A DNA stretch of 64,000 nucleotides, from positions 27,620 through 91,619 of the forward strand of contig JAYUQP010000018.1 of assembly GCA_043757265.1 (NCBI GenBank). The letters are read 5' to 3'. The notes below the pieces were generated by a model. It had not been told where the DNA came from and made no database searches. It worked only from the letters and a program-made list of their open reading frames with translations. The DNA comes from Bdellovibrionales bacterium (lineage in GTDB: Bacteria; Bdellovibrionota; Bdellovibrionia; Bdellovibrionales; JAGQZY01). The translations under genes and the position numbers were made by a program. Below are positions 46,780-55,323 of this stretch, piece after piece (within the stretch, counting starts at the first letter, position 1; each line of letters opens with the position of its first letter).

Positions 46780-47571
46780 ATGGGGTACAAGTCTTGCGAA
46801 ATTGAGCACCGTTATCCAGCCACCGTGCATATTCTGCGACACCCAACTATCAACTCACTGCTTACAAAACTCTGCTCCCCCGAAACATTGCAACCCGAGT
46901 TTAATCGCTTGGTGGCAACCATTTACAGCACGCTCTTTATCGAAGCAATCAACAACGAATGGCCGCGGGTGGCTGTGAAAAGTGCCACACGCATGACGTC
47001 TGCTCATCCCCAGTGTTTTTACACTGGCGAAGTTTTAGATAATAAACAAAAAGCAGTGATTGTTGATATCGCTCGCGCAGGAATGTTACCCAGCCAAGTG
47101 GGGTTCGATTTACTCTGCCACACAGTCAATCCGCATCTCGTGCGCCAAGATCACATTTTCGCCTCCCGCGTAGTCAATGCCCAAAACAGCGTGACGGGCA
47201 CTGATCTTGCTGGATCTAAAATTGGCGGCGATGTGACAGATTCCATTGTGATCCTTCCTGACCCCATGGGGGCTACGGGTTTGTCATTATCCACGGTTCT
47301 TGATCACTACAAAAAACATGTGCAGGGCCCGGCAAAAAAGTGGATCGCCGTTCATTTGATAATCACGCCCGAGTACATCCGCCAGCTCACGCAAACTCAC
47401 CCTGATGTAATTATTTATACGGTCCGCGTAGATCGTGGACTTTCCAGCGAGTCGGTTTTAAAAACAATACCAGGCGAGCGCTGGGCTGACGAGCGTGGCT
47501 TAAACGATCAACAATATATTGTGCCTGGCGCTGGTGGCGTCGGTGAATTGATAAGTAACTCATTTGTATAA
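46780..47571 (+). CDS. upp: Uracil phosphoribosyltransferase family protein (long form)
   Basis: 263 aa. PRPP-binding ILPDPMGATG and C-terminal YIVPGAGGVGE, matching the UPRTase signature YIVPGLGDAGDR. Confidence 0.78.
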   Translation: MGYKSCEIEHRYPATVHILRHPTINSLLTKLCSPETLQPEFNRLVATIYSTLFIEAINNEWPRVAVKSATRMTSAHPQCFYTGEVLDNKQKAVIVDIARAGMLPSQVGFDLLCHTVNPHLVRQDHIFASRVVNAQNSVTGTDLAGSKIGGDVTDSIVILPDPMGATGLSLSTVLDHYKKHVQGPAKKWIAVHLIITPEYIRQLTQTHPDVIIYTVRVDRGLSSESVLKTIPGERWADERGLNDQQYIVPGAGGVGELISNSFV

Positions 47572-47584
47572 AAAAGGGGAAACC

Positions 47585-48115
47585 ATGGTGCCATTAAAAC
47601 TTTCAAAGCTCATCGACGAAAAAACTCTGCAGGAACGCGTAAAGCAATTGGGAGCGCAGATCACCAAGGACTTCAAAGGCGAAGACGTTGTCGCGATTTG
47701 TATTTTGAAAGGCTCCTACATGTTTTACTCCGATCTCATCCGCGAAATCGACGCTAATGTTACCTGCGAGTTTTTTGGCGTTTCAAGTTATCACGGCGAC
47801 ACACAATCTTCCGGCGAAGTGAAAGTGACGTTGGATCTTACGAATCCACTTGAGGGCAAAAACGTTCTGCTAGTAGAAGACATTGTGGATTCCGGACTAA
47901 CTATGACGTACTTAAAAACCTGTCTGTTGGCACGTCAGCCTAAAACTCTAAAAACTGTTTCGTTGCTGGTAAAGCCCGATGCCATGAAAGCCGATGTACA
48001 GTTGGATTACTTTGGCTTCGAAATCAAAAACGAATTCGTCGTAGGCTACGGTCTCGATTATCAAGAGCTGTACCGCAATCTTCCCTACATCGCCAAAGCC
48101 GATAATTTAAATTAA
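47585..48115 (+). CDS. hpt: Hypoxanthine(-guanine) phosphoribosyltransferase
   Basis: PRPP motif VLLVEDIVDSGLTM and FVVGYGLDY. I chose the ATG at 47585 with AAGGGGA upstream. Confidence 0.92.
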   Translation: MVPLKLSKLIDEKTLQERVKQLGAQITKDFKGEDVVAICILKGSYMFYSDLIREIDANVTCEFFGVSSYHGDTQSSGEVKVTLDLTNPLEGKNVLLVEDIVDSGLTMTYLKTCLLARQPKTLKTVSLLVKPDAMKADVQLDYFGFEIKNEFVVGYGLDYQELYRNLPYIAKADNLN

Positions 48116-48129
48116 TCACCTTTGTTTTT

Positions 48130-49488
48130 TTAAAAAGTGCCGTGGCGAAGGATGTTGTCGAAAACGTCGCGGACTTGGCTGTCGTATTTAGTTGGGCCAT
48201 TGTACATAAACACGAATGCCTTTTGCTCACCATTTTTTTGATAGTATCCAGCAAGGCCGATAATTCCGTCCAAGTAGCCTGTCTTCGCACGCACTTCGGT
48301 GGTTTTGTCTTTTAAGCGTTTTTTGAGCGTGCCGTCCACACCCGCAATAGGCAGCGAAATCAAGAACTCTGGAAAAATCGCAGGCTGAGAGCGAAGGCCC
48401 ACTAACAACTGACCTAGATCCTGCGCTCGAAACTTATTGTCATGAGAAAACCCAGAAGGATTTTCAAAAACGAAATTCTTTTCTTTCCAACCGTTAGCGA
48501 CCAACCATTGACGAATTCGCGCTACACCTTTTTTGAGTGTGGCAGGTTTTTGTGGTGAAAGTGCTTTGGTGAGCATCTCAGCCACGTAGTTATTCGAAAA
48601 CTTTGCCATGTCCGTCACTATCTCGCGCAGGGATTTGCTTTTAAAGGTCACAAGCAATTGCGCAGTGGTGGGCGGTGATTTTTTTTCCACCGTTCCGCTG
48701 TATTCGATCCCTTGCTGGTTGAGAAATTTTTTAAAATTTTCGCCAGCCCAATAGTCAGGGTGAGAAATACTTTTGTAAATTACTTGCTCCACAGCGCCCA
48801 AAGCTATGGTGCCGCTCACTATCACCACGTCGTGTTTTTTTTGCGATCGACGCTCCACCCGCAAATCGGTTTTCGAGCCCGTCTTCACCTGATTTTTTAA
48901 CTCAATGTAGTCATTTTGTGGGTCGGCGTACACCACTGCTGCTTCGGCTTTTTTTCCGGGACGAACAAATATATTTACAGAATTCCAATTGAACGAAAGA
49001 GCTGCCACGGGGGCGTCGTAGGCTCTGTCCACGCGCACACTTTGCCGTGAGTCGGAAAAATACTCCTCGTCGAACAAGGAACTATCAACGTAAAGCTGAC
49101 CCTTAAGGGACTTTATCCCCGTGCGCTTGAGCTCGTTGACGATGGCCCAATAGTTTTCCGAAACCAACGAGGGATCTCCACCGCCTTGAAGGTAAAGGTC
49201 GCCTTTGAATTCGGACCCAGAGATCAGTTCCGACGCCCACACGCGGGTTTCGAATTGATGACCCAACCCCAGCTCGCCAATAACAGCTGCGGCTGTGGGA
49301 ATCTTACTAAGCGATGCCGGCGTCATAAGCACATCGGCGTTGTGCGTCCACGTTGTCTTTTCGCCTTCCATCCACACGGCGAAATGCTTTACGGGAATCT
49401 GGCTCCGCCGCAATATTCCGTCAATGGGCTCGGCACTCACGTTGATACTAATAAAGAATGTGAGCGCGATGAAAGCATATTTTGCCAT
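48130..49488 (-). CDS. dacB: D-alanyl-D-alanine carboxypeptidase/endopeptidase, PBP4 family (S13)
   Basis: An internal start gives the signal peptide MAKYAFIALTFFISINVSA. SxxK motif PASLSKI. The C-terminal KTG motif (VRAKTGYLDG) and ~450-aa size are typical of PBP4/DacB. Confidence 0.85.
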   Translation of the reverse strand: MAKYAFIALTFFISINVSAEPIDGILRRSQIPVKHFAVWMEGEKTTWTHNADVLMTPASLSKIPTAAAVIGELGLGHQFETRVWASELISGSEFKGDLYLQGGGDPSLVSENYWAIVNELKRTGIKSLKGQLYVDSSLFDEEYFSDSRQSVRVDRAYDAPVAALSFNWNSVNIFVRPGKKAEAAVVYADPQNDYIELKNQVKTGSKTDLRVERRSQKKHDVVIVSGTIALGAVEQVIYKSISHPDYWAGENFKKFLNQQGIEYSGTVEKKSPPTTAQLLVTFKSKSLREIVTDMAKFSNNYVAEMLTKALSPQKPATLKKGVARIRQWLVANGWKEKNFVFENPSGFSHDNKFRAQDLGQLLVGLRSQPAIFPEFLISLPIAGVDGTLKKRLKDKTTEVRAKTGYLDGIIGLAGYYQKNGEQKAFVFMYNGPTKYDSQVRDVFDNILRHGTF

Positions 49489-49548
49489 GAATATAATTAT
49501 GCCCGATCCCCTCTTGGCATTACAACATTTATTAGCTAAGCTTTTGGA

Positions 49549-51093
49549 GTGATAATTTCGGGACGTTGGCTGATTCATATTTTACTATTTTGTGCGTTTG
49601 TCTTCACGCTGACAAATTGTAAAAAGCGTTCGCAAACTTCACCCGACACCGTTGTAATCGGAATTCCAGCAGTACCTCCCACGCTCGATCCAAGAATTGC
49701 ACGAGATTCAATTGGCAGTAATGTACGCAGTCTTATTTTCACATCCCTTGTGCGAGTGATTACCGAAACCCCAACTTCGCCAATCAGCATTCAGGGCGAC
49801 CTTGCAGAGTCTTGGACGTATAAAAATAATGTTTATCATTTTAATCTGAAGCCGGGGCTCACCTTTTCGGACGGCGCGGCTATGACCGGCAACGATATTG
49901 AGTTCTCGTTTGCTGAATATCAGAAAGACTCTTGCCCGTTTTCTCCAGCCTTTAAGAAAATAAAAAAGGTTGTCGCTAAATACGATGGGGCCGAACATTT
50001 TGTCGATATTACCGTGGACCGTTTTGAAAGCACTTTTTATCTCGATCTAGCCATTGTTCATATGTTGCCAAAAAAAATTGTTCAGGCTCACGACAAAGAT
50101 TTTTACGAGCACCTTGTTGGTTCGGGTGCGTTTGAGTTGGTCACCGCTACTGACAATGAGCTTCTGCTGAAAGCACGGGCGAATCATTATCGAGCGCCGA
50201 AGATTAAAAAGCTTCAATTGAAAGTCATACGCGACGACAACACGCGGTTTCAGAAATTGTACAAAGGATCTGTGGACCTCGTACAAACCGATATTCCACT
50301 TTCTAAAATGGCAGTTTTTAAAAGTTCACCCCGCTTTGATGTGTACGACATGCCCGGCGCGAATGTGACCTACCTGCTATTTAATTTGCGTGATCCATTG
50401 TTAAAGCGAAAAGAAGTGCGCGCCGCCATCAACTACGCCATTAACCGCGCGGAGATTATCAAATACAAGCTTGAAGGCTACGCCACACCTGCAAGCACGT
50501 TTGTGATTCCGAGCACTCCCTATTACGATGCCACAATTCAACTTCCTAACACCGATATCCAAAAGGGCATCGAATTGTTGAAAGATCTGCCAAAGCCACT
50601 TGAGCTAGAACTCAAAACCTCCAACCAAAAACATGCCATCGAAAACGGTCGCATTCTCGCTCATCAGATCGAAAAAATTGGAATTTCGGTCCGCATGAAA
50701 AGTTTCGAATGGGGAACCTATTACGACGATATCTCAAAAGGTAATTTTCAACTGGCCACCATGCGCTTTGTGGGCATTTGGGACCCCGATCAGTACCGCC
50801 TGGCGTTTCATTCCGAACAGGTTCCACCCAAGGGAGCGAATCGCGCATTTTACATCAATCCGCAATTTGATGCACTGTTAGTGCAGGGACAGCAGATTGA
50901 AAACGTAGAGCAGCGCGTACAGCATTACAAACAGATACAAAAAATTATTTTGGCGGATATGCCAGTTCTCCCGCTGTGGTACGACCAGTATGTGGCGGTG
51001 GTTAATAAACGCATTAAGAACTTTGTGCCTTCGCCACTTGGTGGATTTCAGTTTGTTTTTAACATTGAGAAGGAATTGGAAAAAAATGAATAG
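49549..51093 (+). CDS. ABC-transporter family-5 (peptide/nickel type) substrate-binding lipoprotein, orphan
   Basis: 514 aa with lipobox LTNC. The overall pattern is OppA/DppA-like (LDPRIARDS..., GSGAFELV, DLVQTDIP). There are no permease or ATPase genes nearby. Confidence 0.82.
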   Translation: MIISGRWLIHILLFCAFVFTLTNCKKRSQTSPDTVVIGIPAVPPTLDPRIARDSIGSNVRSLIFTSLVRVITETPTSPISIQGDLAESWTYKNNVYHFNLKPGLTFSDGAAMTGNDIEFSFAEYQKDSCPFSPAFKKIKKVVAKYDGAEHFVDITVDRFESTFYLDLAIVHMLPKKIVQAHDKDFYEHLVGSGAFELVTATDNELLLKARANHYRAPKIKKLQLKVIRDDNTRFQKLYKGSVDLVQTDIPLSKMAVFKSSPRFDVYDMPGANVTYLLFNLRDPLLKRKEVRAAINYAINRAEIIKYKLEGYATPASTFVIPSTPYYDATIQLPNTDIQKGIELLKDLPKPLELELKTSNQKHAIENGRILAHQIEKIGISVRMKSFEWGTYYDDISKGNFQLATMRFVGIWDPDQYRLAFHSEQVPPKGANRAFYINPQFDALLVQGQQIENVEQRVQHYKQIQKIILADMPVLPLWYDQYVAVVNKRIKNFVPSPLGGFQFVFNIEKELEKNE

Positions 51094-51973
51094 ACCACTT
51101 ATTCTCTGCATCGACGACGACATTCATATTCTCGAAGCCTTGCAAAGAGATTTACGTCAGTCATTTGATATCGCGCTTGCTACCAATTTTTCTGATGCTC
51201 AAAAAGCATTTGCACAAAAAATTTCTATCGTGATCTGTGACTACAATCTCAAAACAACGAATGGCTTAGAAATACTGAATTGGGTCAAGGACACCCACCC
51301 GCAAACCCTGCGCGTTCTCCTCACTGGCGAAGTGGGCCTTACAGATATTTCAAGCGCCATGGAATCAAATCTGATTCACAAATTTATTCTCAAGCCGTGG
51401 GAGCCCGATCTTTTGCGGCTGCATATGCGTGAGGCCGAAAGCACCCTGCGACTTTTAAATGAGCGCGATAAATTTAAAGAGCTTTCCATTACCGATCCAG
51501 TAACCGAGCTTACAAACCATCGGTTTTTTCAAGAGAAACTACGCATTGAAATCCAAAAAGCCAAACAAACCAAAACCGCAGTGTCGCTAATTATGATTGA
51601 TGTGGATCATTTCAAAATTCTTAATGATCAGTTTGGTCACCCCCGGGGTGACCAAATACTTTCCCTGCTAGCGCAAAAGCTGGCGGGCGAAATGAAACCC
51701 AATTACTCGCTGTCGCGCTATGGTGGCGAGGAATTTGCGGCGATCCTTCCGAAAACACCTTCCGACTTTGCTTTTGCATTTGCAGAAACCCTGCGCACCT
51801 CGGTAAGTCATATCCCATCTCTGCAGTTTCGATTAAGCATCAGCCTGGGCGTCGCAAGCTATCCCGAGCACGGTCTAGACGCCGACGAGATCGTCGCCGT
51901 GGCAGACCAGGCGCTTTACCTTGCGAAAAAGCAGGGACGCAATATGACCGTCATCGGGCAAGACATCGCTTAG
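51086..51973 (+). CDS. Response regulator receiver domain - GGDEF diguanylate cyclase
   Basis: I chose the start at ATG 51086 (MNRPLILCIDDD). REC residues DDD, VICDYNL, LLTG and KFILKPW are present. GGDEF domain with active-site RYGGEEF; I see no RxxD I-site. 8-nt overlap with the SBP gene. Confidence 0.9.
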   Translation: MNRPLILCIDDDIHILEALQRDLRQSFDIALATNFSDAQKAFAQKISIVICDYNLKTTNGLEILNWVKDTHPQTLRVLLTGEVGLTDISSAMESNLIHKFILKPWEPDLLRLHMREAESTLRLLNERDKFKELSITDPVTELTNHRFFQEKLRIEIQKAKQTKTAVSLIMIDVDHFKILNDQFGHPRGDQILSLLAQKLAGEMKPNYSLSRYGGEEFAAILPKTPSDFAFAFAETLRTSVSHIPSLQFRLSISLGVASYPEHGLDADEIVAVADQALYLAKKQGRNMTVIGQDIA

Positions 51974-51984
51974 TGATTCTGCCG

Positions 51985-52320
51985 ATTTATTTTTGAATCC
52001 TCGGGAAATGGAAAACCTCTTTTTCCAAACGCGTCCATCCTGGACTCACTTGCAAGACGAAACTTCCTGTTTGCAAGAGGTTTGAAAAAAAGAGATTTTC
52101 CATTTCCCAAGTATCCAAAAATAAATCCAAAAGTGCGAACTGAATAGCTCTAACCTCGTATAATAAAAACGGGTCTGGGTGGGAGAATCTGCCTGGGCTT
52201 TCTCAACTCTCAGCAAATGTGAAATGGTATTTTTTTAAACCTCTTGCAAACAGGACGTTTCGCTTTGCAAGTGAGTCCAGGATGGACGCGTTTAAAAAGA
52301 ACTTCTTTCCACTTCTTTCT
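51985..52320. repeat. Composite nested inverted-repeat (MITE/BIME-like) element
   Basis: 40-bp TIRs B (51985-52024) and B' (52087-52126) flank a 65-bp core A (52027-52091). An inverted, ~90% identical core copy A' lies at 52230-52293, flanked by degenerate B-like sequence. A TATAAT box is at 52159-52164 in the spacer. Confidence 0.85.
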
Positions 52321-52402
52321 TAATTAGGAATGAGCCTAGCACTGCGTCCAGTAGGACCTTTTAATGTTTTACCGATTTTGCCAAATCTTTTATTCTAAAT
52401 GA

Positions 52403-53377
52403 ATGAAAAAGCACGAATGGTTCTATGTCCTCGCCCCGATGTTCTGCACGGTAGCAATTGATCAGCTCACCAAGTGGTGGGCACTGGGACTTGCTGGCAC
52501 TCTCCAATACGGTCCTCTTGGTTTTGCCTTGCACTTTAACAAGGGCGCCATGCTTGGATTATTTTCAAGTCTTCCACCGATTTTAAGAATAGTCTCTCTT
52601 TCCACGGGTGGTGCGTTTTTACTTTTTACGTTTGTGATCATTCAATATTTGCTACCCATCAAATCGCTTCTTCTGAGAGTGGGCATGTCCACTCTTATGG
52701 GGGGGATCATTGGCAACGTGATCGATCGCACAATCCAAGGCTACGTGATTGATTTTATTTACTTTCAGGTGGGCAGCTGGCACTCGCCGGTGTTGAATCT
52801 TGCAGATGCTCTGCAGTGGGTGGGTTACATTTGCTTGGTAACCGCACTGTTAAAGGATGGCGAGCTGTTGTGGCCACAAAAGAATATTCGCAAATACTAC
52901 TGGATCAATCCCGCGTTTCAGTTGCGATATTGTTTCACGCTGATGTTTATCGGTTTAGGATTTGGTTTGATCGCCGGTGTGTTTAGCTATACCTTTTTGC
53001 GCTTTATGGTTGTGGACCTAATTGGAAACAATCAAAAGCTTTTGGATCAGTTTTTAATTCCTTTTGTACAAACATATACGGCATTTACTCTGGCGTTTGG
53101 TGCTTTTTTGTTTCTCATCGGTCGTACTCTTTCGCATCGTGTGGCTGGACCCGTTTATGCCTTTGAGCGCTTTGTAAAAAACTTTATCTCTGGCAAACCG
53201 CAAAAATTGAAACTTCGCAAAAGCGACGAGTTTTCACAATTGGAAAGTTTATCGCAAATGATGATGGACAATATGGCTGTGATTGAAAAATCAGAGCGCG
53301 AGATTGTTCCGATTCTCCCAAAAGGCTCGGCAAATCCCGGCCTCTCCGACCACCCAAATGTTGCTCAGGTCGGCTAA
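52403..53377 (+). CDS. lspA: Lipoprotein signal peptidase II fused to a C-terminal 2TM + HAMP-like extension
   Basis: 324 aa. Residues 1-155 carry LspA motifs IDQLTK, FNKGAMLGLF, GGIIGNVIDR and VIDFIYF...LNLADA (both catalytic Asp). Residues ~165-324 add two TM helices and HRVAGPVYAFERFVKNFISGKPQKLKLRKSDEFSQLESLSQMM, which is HAMP-like. Confidence 0.85.
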   Translation: MKKHEWFYVLAPMFCTVAIDQLTKWWALGLAGTLQYGPLGFALHFNKGAMLGLFSSLPPILRIVSLSTGGAFLLFTFVIIQYLLPIKSLLLRVGMSTLMGGIIGNVIDRTIQGYVIDFIYFQVGSWHSPVLNLADALQWVGYICLVTALLKDGELLWPQKNIRKYYWINPAFQLRYCFTLMFIGLGFGLIAGVFSYTFLRFMVVDLIGNNQKLLDQFLIPFVQTYTAFTLAFGAFLFLIGRTLSHRVAGPVYAFERFVKNFISGKPQKLKLRKSDEFSQLESLSQMMMDNMAVIEKSEREIVPILPKGSANPGLSDHPNVAQVG

Positions 53378-53443
53378 CTGAGACTCACCCGTTCAGTATT
53401 GAAGTAAAGCTTTACCGACGTATTGGAGTAAAGCTTCTCAGCT

Positions 53444-53731
53444 TTACCTTCGCATTCGCATTCTATTACCCACATAGCCTTTTTCGGCGAGGACTTTATT
53501 TTTGTCGGGGGTATTGCTGACTGCGTGGTTATCATCCTTCGTTGTCGGTGGGACTTTAATATCGATAGATTCATTTCGTCCCTCATGGAGAGAATTGGCA
53601 CGGCGAGCTTGCATCGTTCTCCCTATGCGGTTGTTACCTCGATCGCCGGCGGCGTATCCCGAGGCATCGTCTTCAGGTCCGCAGTAGGTCTCTTTTGGAA
53701 TTCTTAGATTTGGAATTTTTGGATCTGGCAT
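53444..53731 (-). CDS. Small hydrophilic protein, unknown function
   Basis: An AAGGAG Shine-Dalgarno lies 7 nt upstream of the ATG at 53731 (MPDPKIPNLRIPKE...). 95 aa, charged, with no TM. Coding status is unproven. Confidence 0.4.
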   Translation of the reverse strand: MPDPKIPNLRIPKETYCGPEDDASGYAAGDRGNNRIGRTMQARRANSLHEGRNESIDIKVPPTTKDDNHAVSNTPDKNKVLAEKGYVGNRMRMRR

Positions 53732-54029
53732 TAATGGTCTCCTTGTTTGTTTCAACACTTTAGAACGGTATTGTTAACGTTTGATATAGCAAATCAAAAG
53801 CAACATTCTTGCCACGTTCTAGAATGCTTTAGTTCGGTCTCACGAAATGAGTCGTAGAAATTTTCCCCACGAACCGCCTTAGCTGAGTATTTTCCCAGAA
53901 TAACGGGAGTCCAATACGTGAAGAAATCTAAACACTGGTTAATTTGACTTCGCAATTTGCAAATTTTAGACTTTCGGTGGTCTTCGTAATTATAACGGTT
54001 AGATCTTTTCGCTCCCAGATAAGGAAAGC

Positions 54030-55268
54030 ATGCACGACAACTCATTCTGGTATCTTACCATTGGTATTGTTTTAGGTTTGATGTCGGTGATTTCTAATAA
54101 AATCGAAAAGCTTCCGATCTCAAGCTCGATCATTTATTTTATAATTGGAATTTTTCTTGGACCTTGGGGATTAGGAAAAGTCGATATCAGTTTTCGCGAC
54201 AACACACGTCTGCTGGAGGTAGTTGCCGAAATAGCGGTGCTGATCTCGGTGTTTGCTGCGGGGCTAAAACTCAAAATTCCAACTGAAACAAAAAAATGGT
54301 TCCTGGCTCTGCAACTAGCGACGGTGTCCATGATTTTTATGATTGCTGGAATTTCGCTGTTCAGCATCACCATGCTTGGGCTCTCTACTGCGTCAGCAAT
54401 TCTATTGGGTGCTATCCTAGCTCCAACAGACCCGGTGCTCGCCTCGGCCGTTCAAGTAAAAAGTCCTGAAGACAGCGATTGGCTTCGATTCAATCTGAGT
54501 GCGGAGGCTGCGCTTAACGACGGCACGGCATTCCCATTTGTTATCCTCGGGCTCGGCCTCCTGGGCCTCGAGTCTGTCGGAAGCACCGGCTGGGAGTGGT
54601 TGCTGGTGGACGTATTGTGGGCGATTTCTGGCGCTGTATTTGTTGGAATTATTTCGGGCATCGCCGCAGCTCAGGTGATCGCCTACTACCGCGATAGATC
54701 GTCGGGCAACGCCATCTTCGAAGACCTATTTAGTTTGGGCTTTTTGTGCACCGTCTACGCAGCGTCGGTTTTTTTACACACCTACGGTTTCGTGGCCTGC
54801 TTTTTTGCAGGACTGGCTTTTCGCAGAGCGAACAATATTTTTGAAGACTCAAGTCAACGGCAACTTCCAAAAACCACAAAGAATGTTTTACTTTTTAATG
54901 AGCAATTGGAACGTTTGGTAGAATTTTTAGTTGTTATTGCTCTTGGGATTATGATCTCGAATATCGAAATTGGCTGGCGGGAATTTCTTCTAGCCATCGT
55001 TATCTTCTTTGTGATTCGACCCCTTTCCATTCTGCTACTCGTTTTGCCGGGCTCACTCGAATTGAAATGGAAACGGATTGCACTGATGTCATGGTTTGGC
55101 GTGCGCGGCGTAGGGTCGATCTATTACCTAGCGTTTGCTCTAAACCACGGACTAAAAACAGGAGCGCAGCAGTTTACAAATCAGGTCGTCGTGGTCGTCG
55201 CCTTCTCAATTCTCCTGCACGGATTAACATCAGGACCGCTGATGAAGTGGTACGAGGCCGATAAGTAG
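54030..55268 (+). CDS. Cation:proton antiporter (CPA1 / Na+/H+ exchanger family)
   Basis: 412 aa, about 11 TM. Motifs GAILAPTDPVLA and ESALNDGTAFPF-like (AEAALNDGTAFPF) are typical of the NhaP/CPA1 family. Confidence 0.85.
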   Translation: MHDNSFWYLTIGIVLGLMSVISNKIEKLPISSSIIYFIIGIFLGPWGLGKVDISFRDNTRLLEVVAEIAVLISVFAAGLKLKIPTETKKWFLALQLATVSMIFMIAGISLFSITMLGLSTASAILLGAILAPTDPVLASAVQVKSPEDSDWLRFNLSAEAALNDGTAFPFVILGLGLLGLESVGSTGWEWLLVDVLWAISGAVFVGIISGIAAAQVIAYYRDRSSGNAIFEDLFSLGFLCTVYAASVFLHTYGFVACFFAGLAFRRANNIFEDSSQRQLPKTTKNVLLFNEQLERLVEFLVVIALGIMISNIEIGWREFLLAIVIFFVIRPLSILLLVLPGSLELKWKRIALMSWFGVRGVGSIYYLAFALNHGLKTGAQQFTNQVVVVVAFSILLHGLTSGPLMKWYEADK

Positions 55269-55323
55269 TTTTCTGGTCAGTAATTTTCTGGCAAAATCTT
55301 GAAAAGTAATGTTTAGCCAATAA

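Noticed and set aside
53374-53601. 75-aa minus-strand ORF overlapping 53444..53758 in another frame (possible frameshifted gene)
   Set aside because: It has no recognisable domain in either frame. Only the 53731 start has a good Shine-Dalgarno. The evidence is not enough to call a pseudogene.
53794-54045. 83-aa minus-strand ORF upstream of, and overlapping, the antiporter start
   Set aside because: It has no RBS, a Cys/Arg-rich odd composition, and overlaps the start of a well-supported gene. It is probably promoter-region noise.
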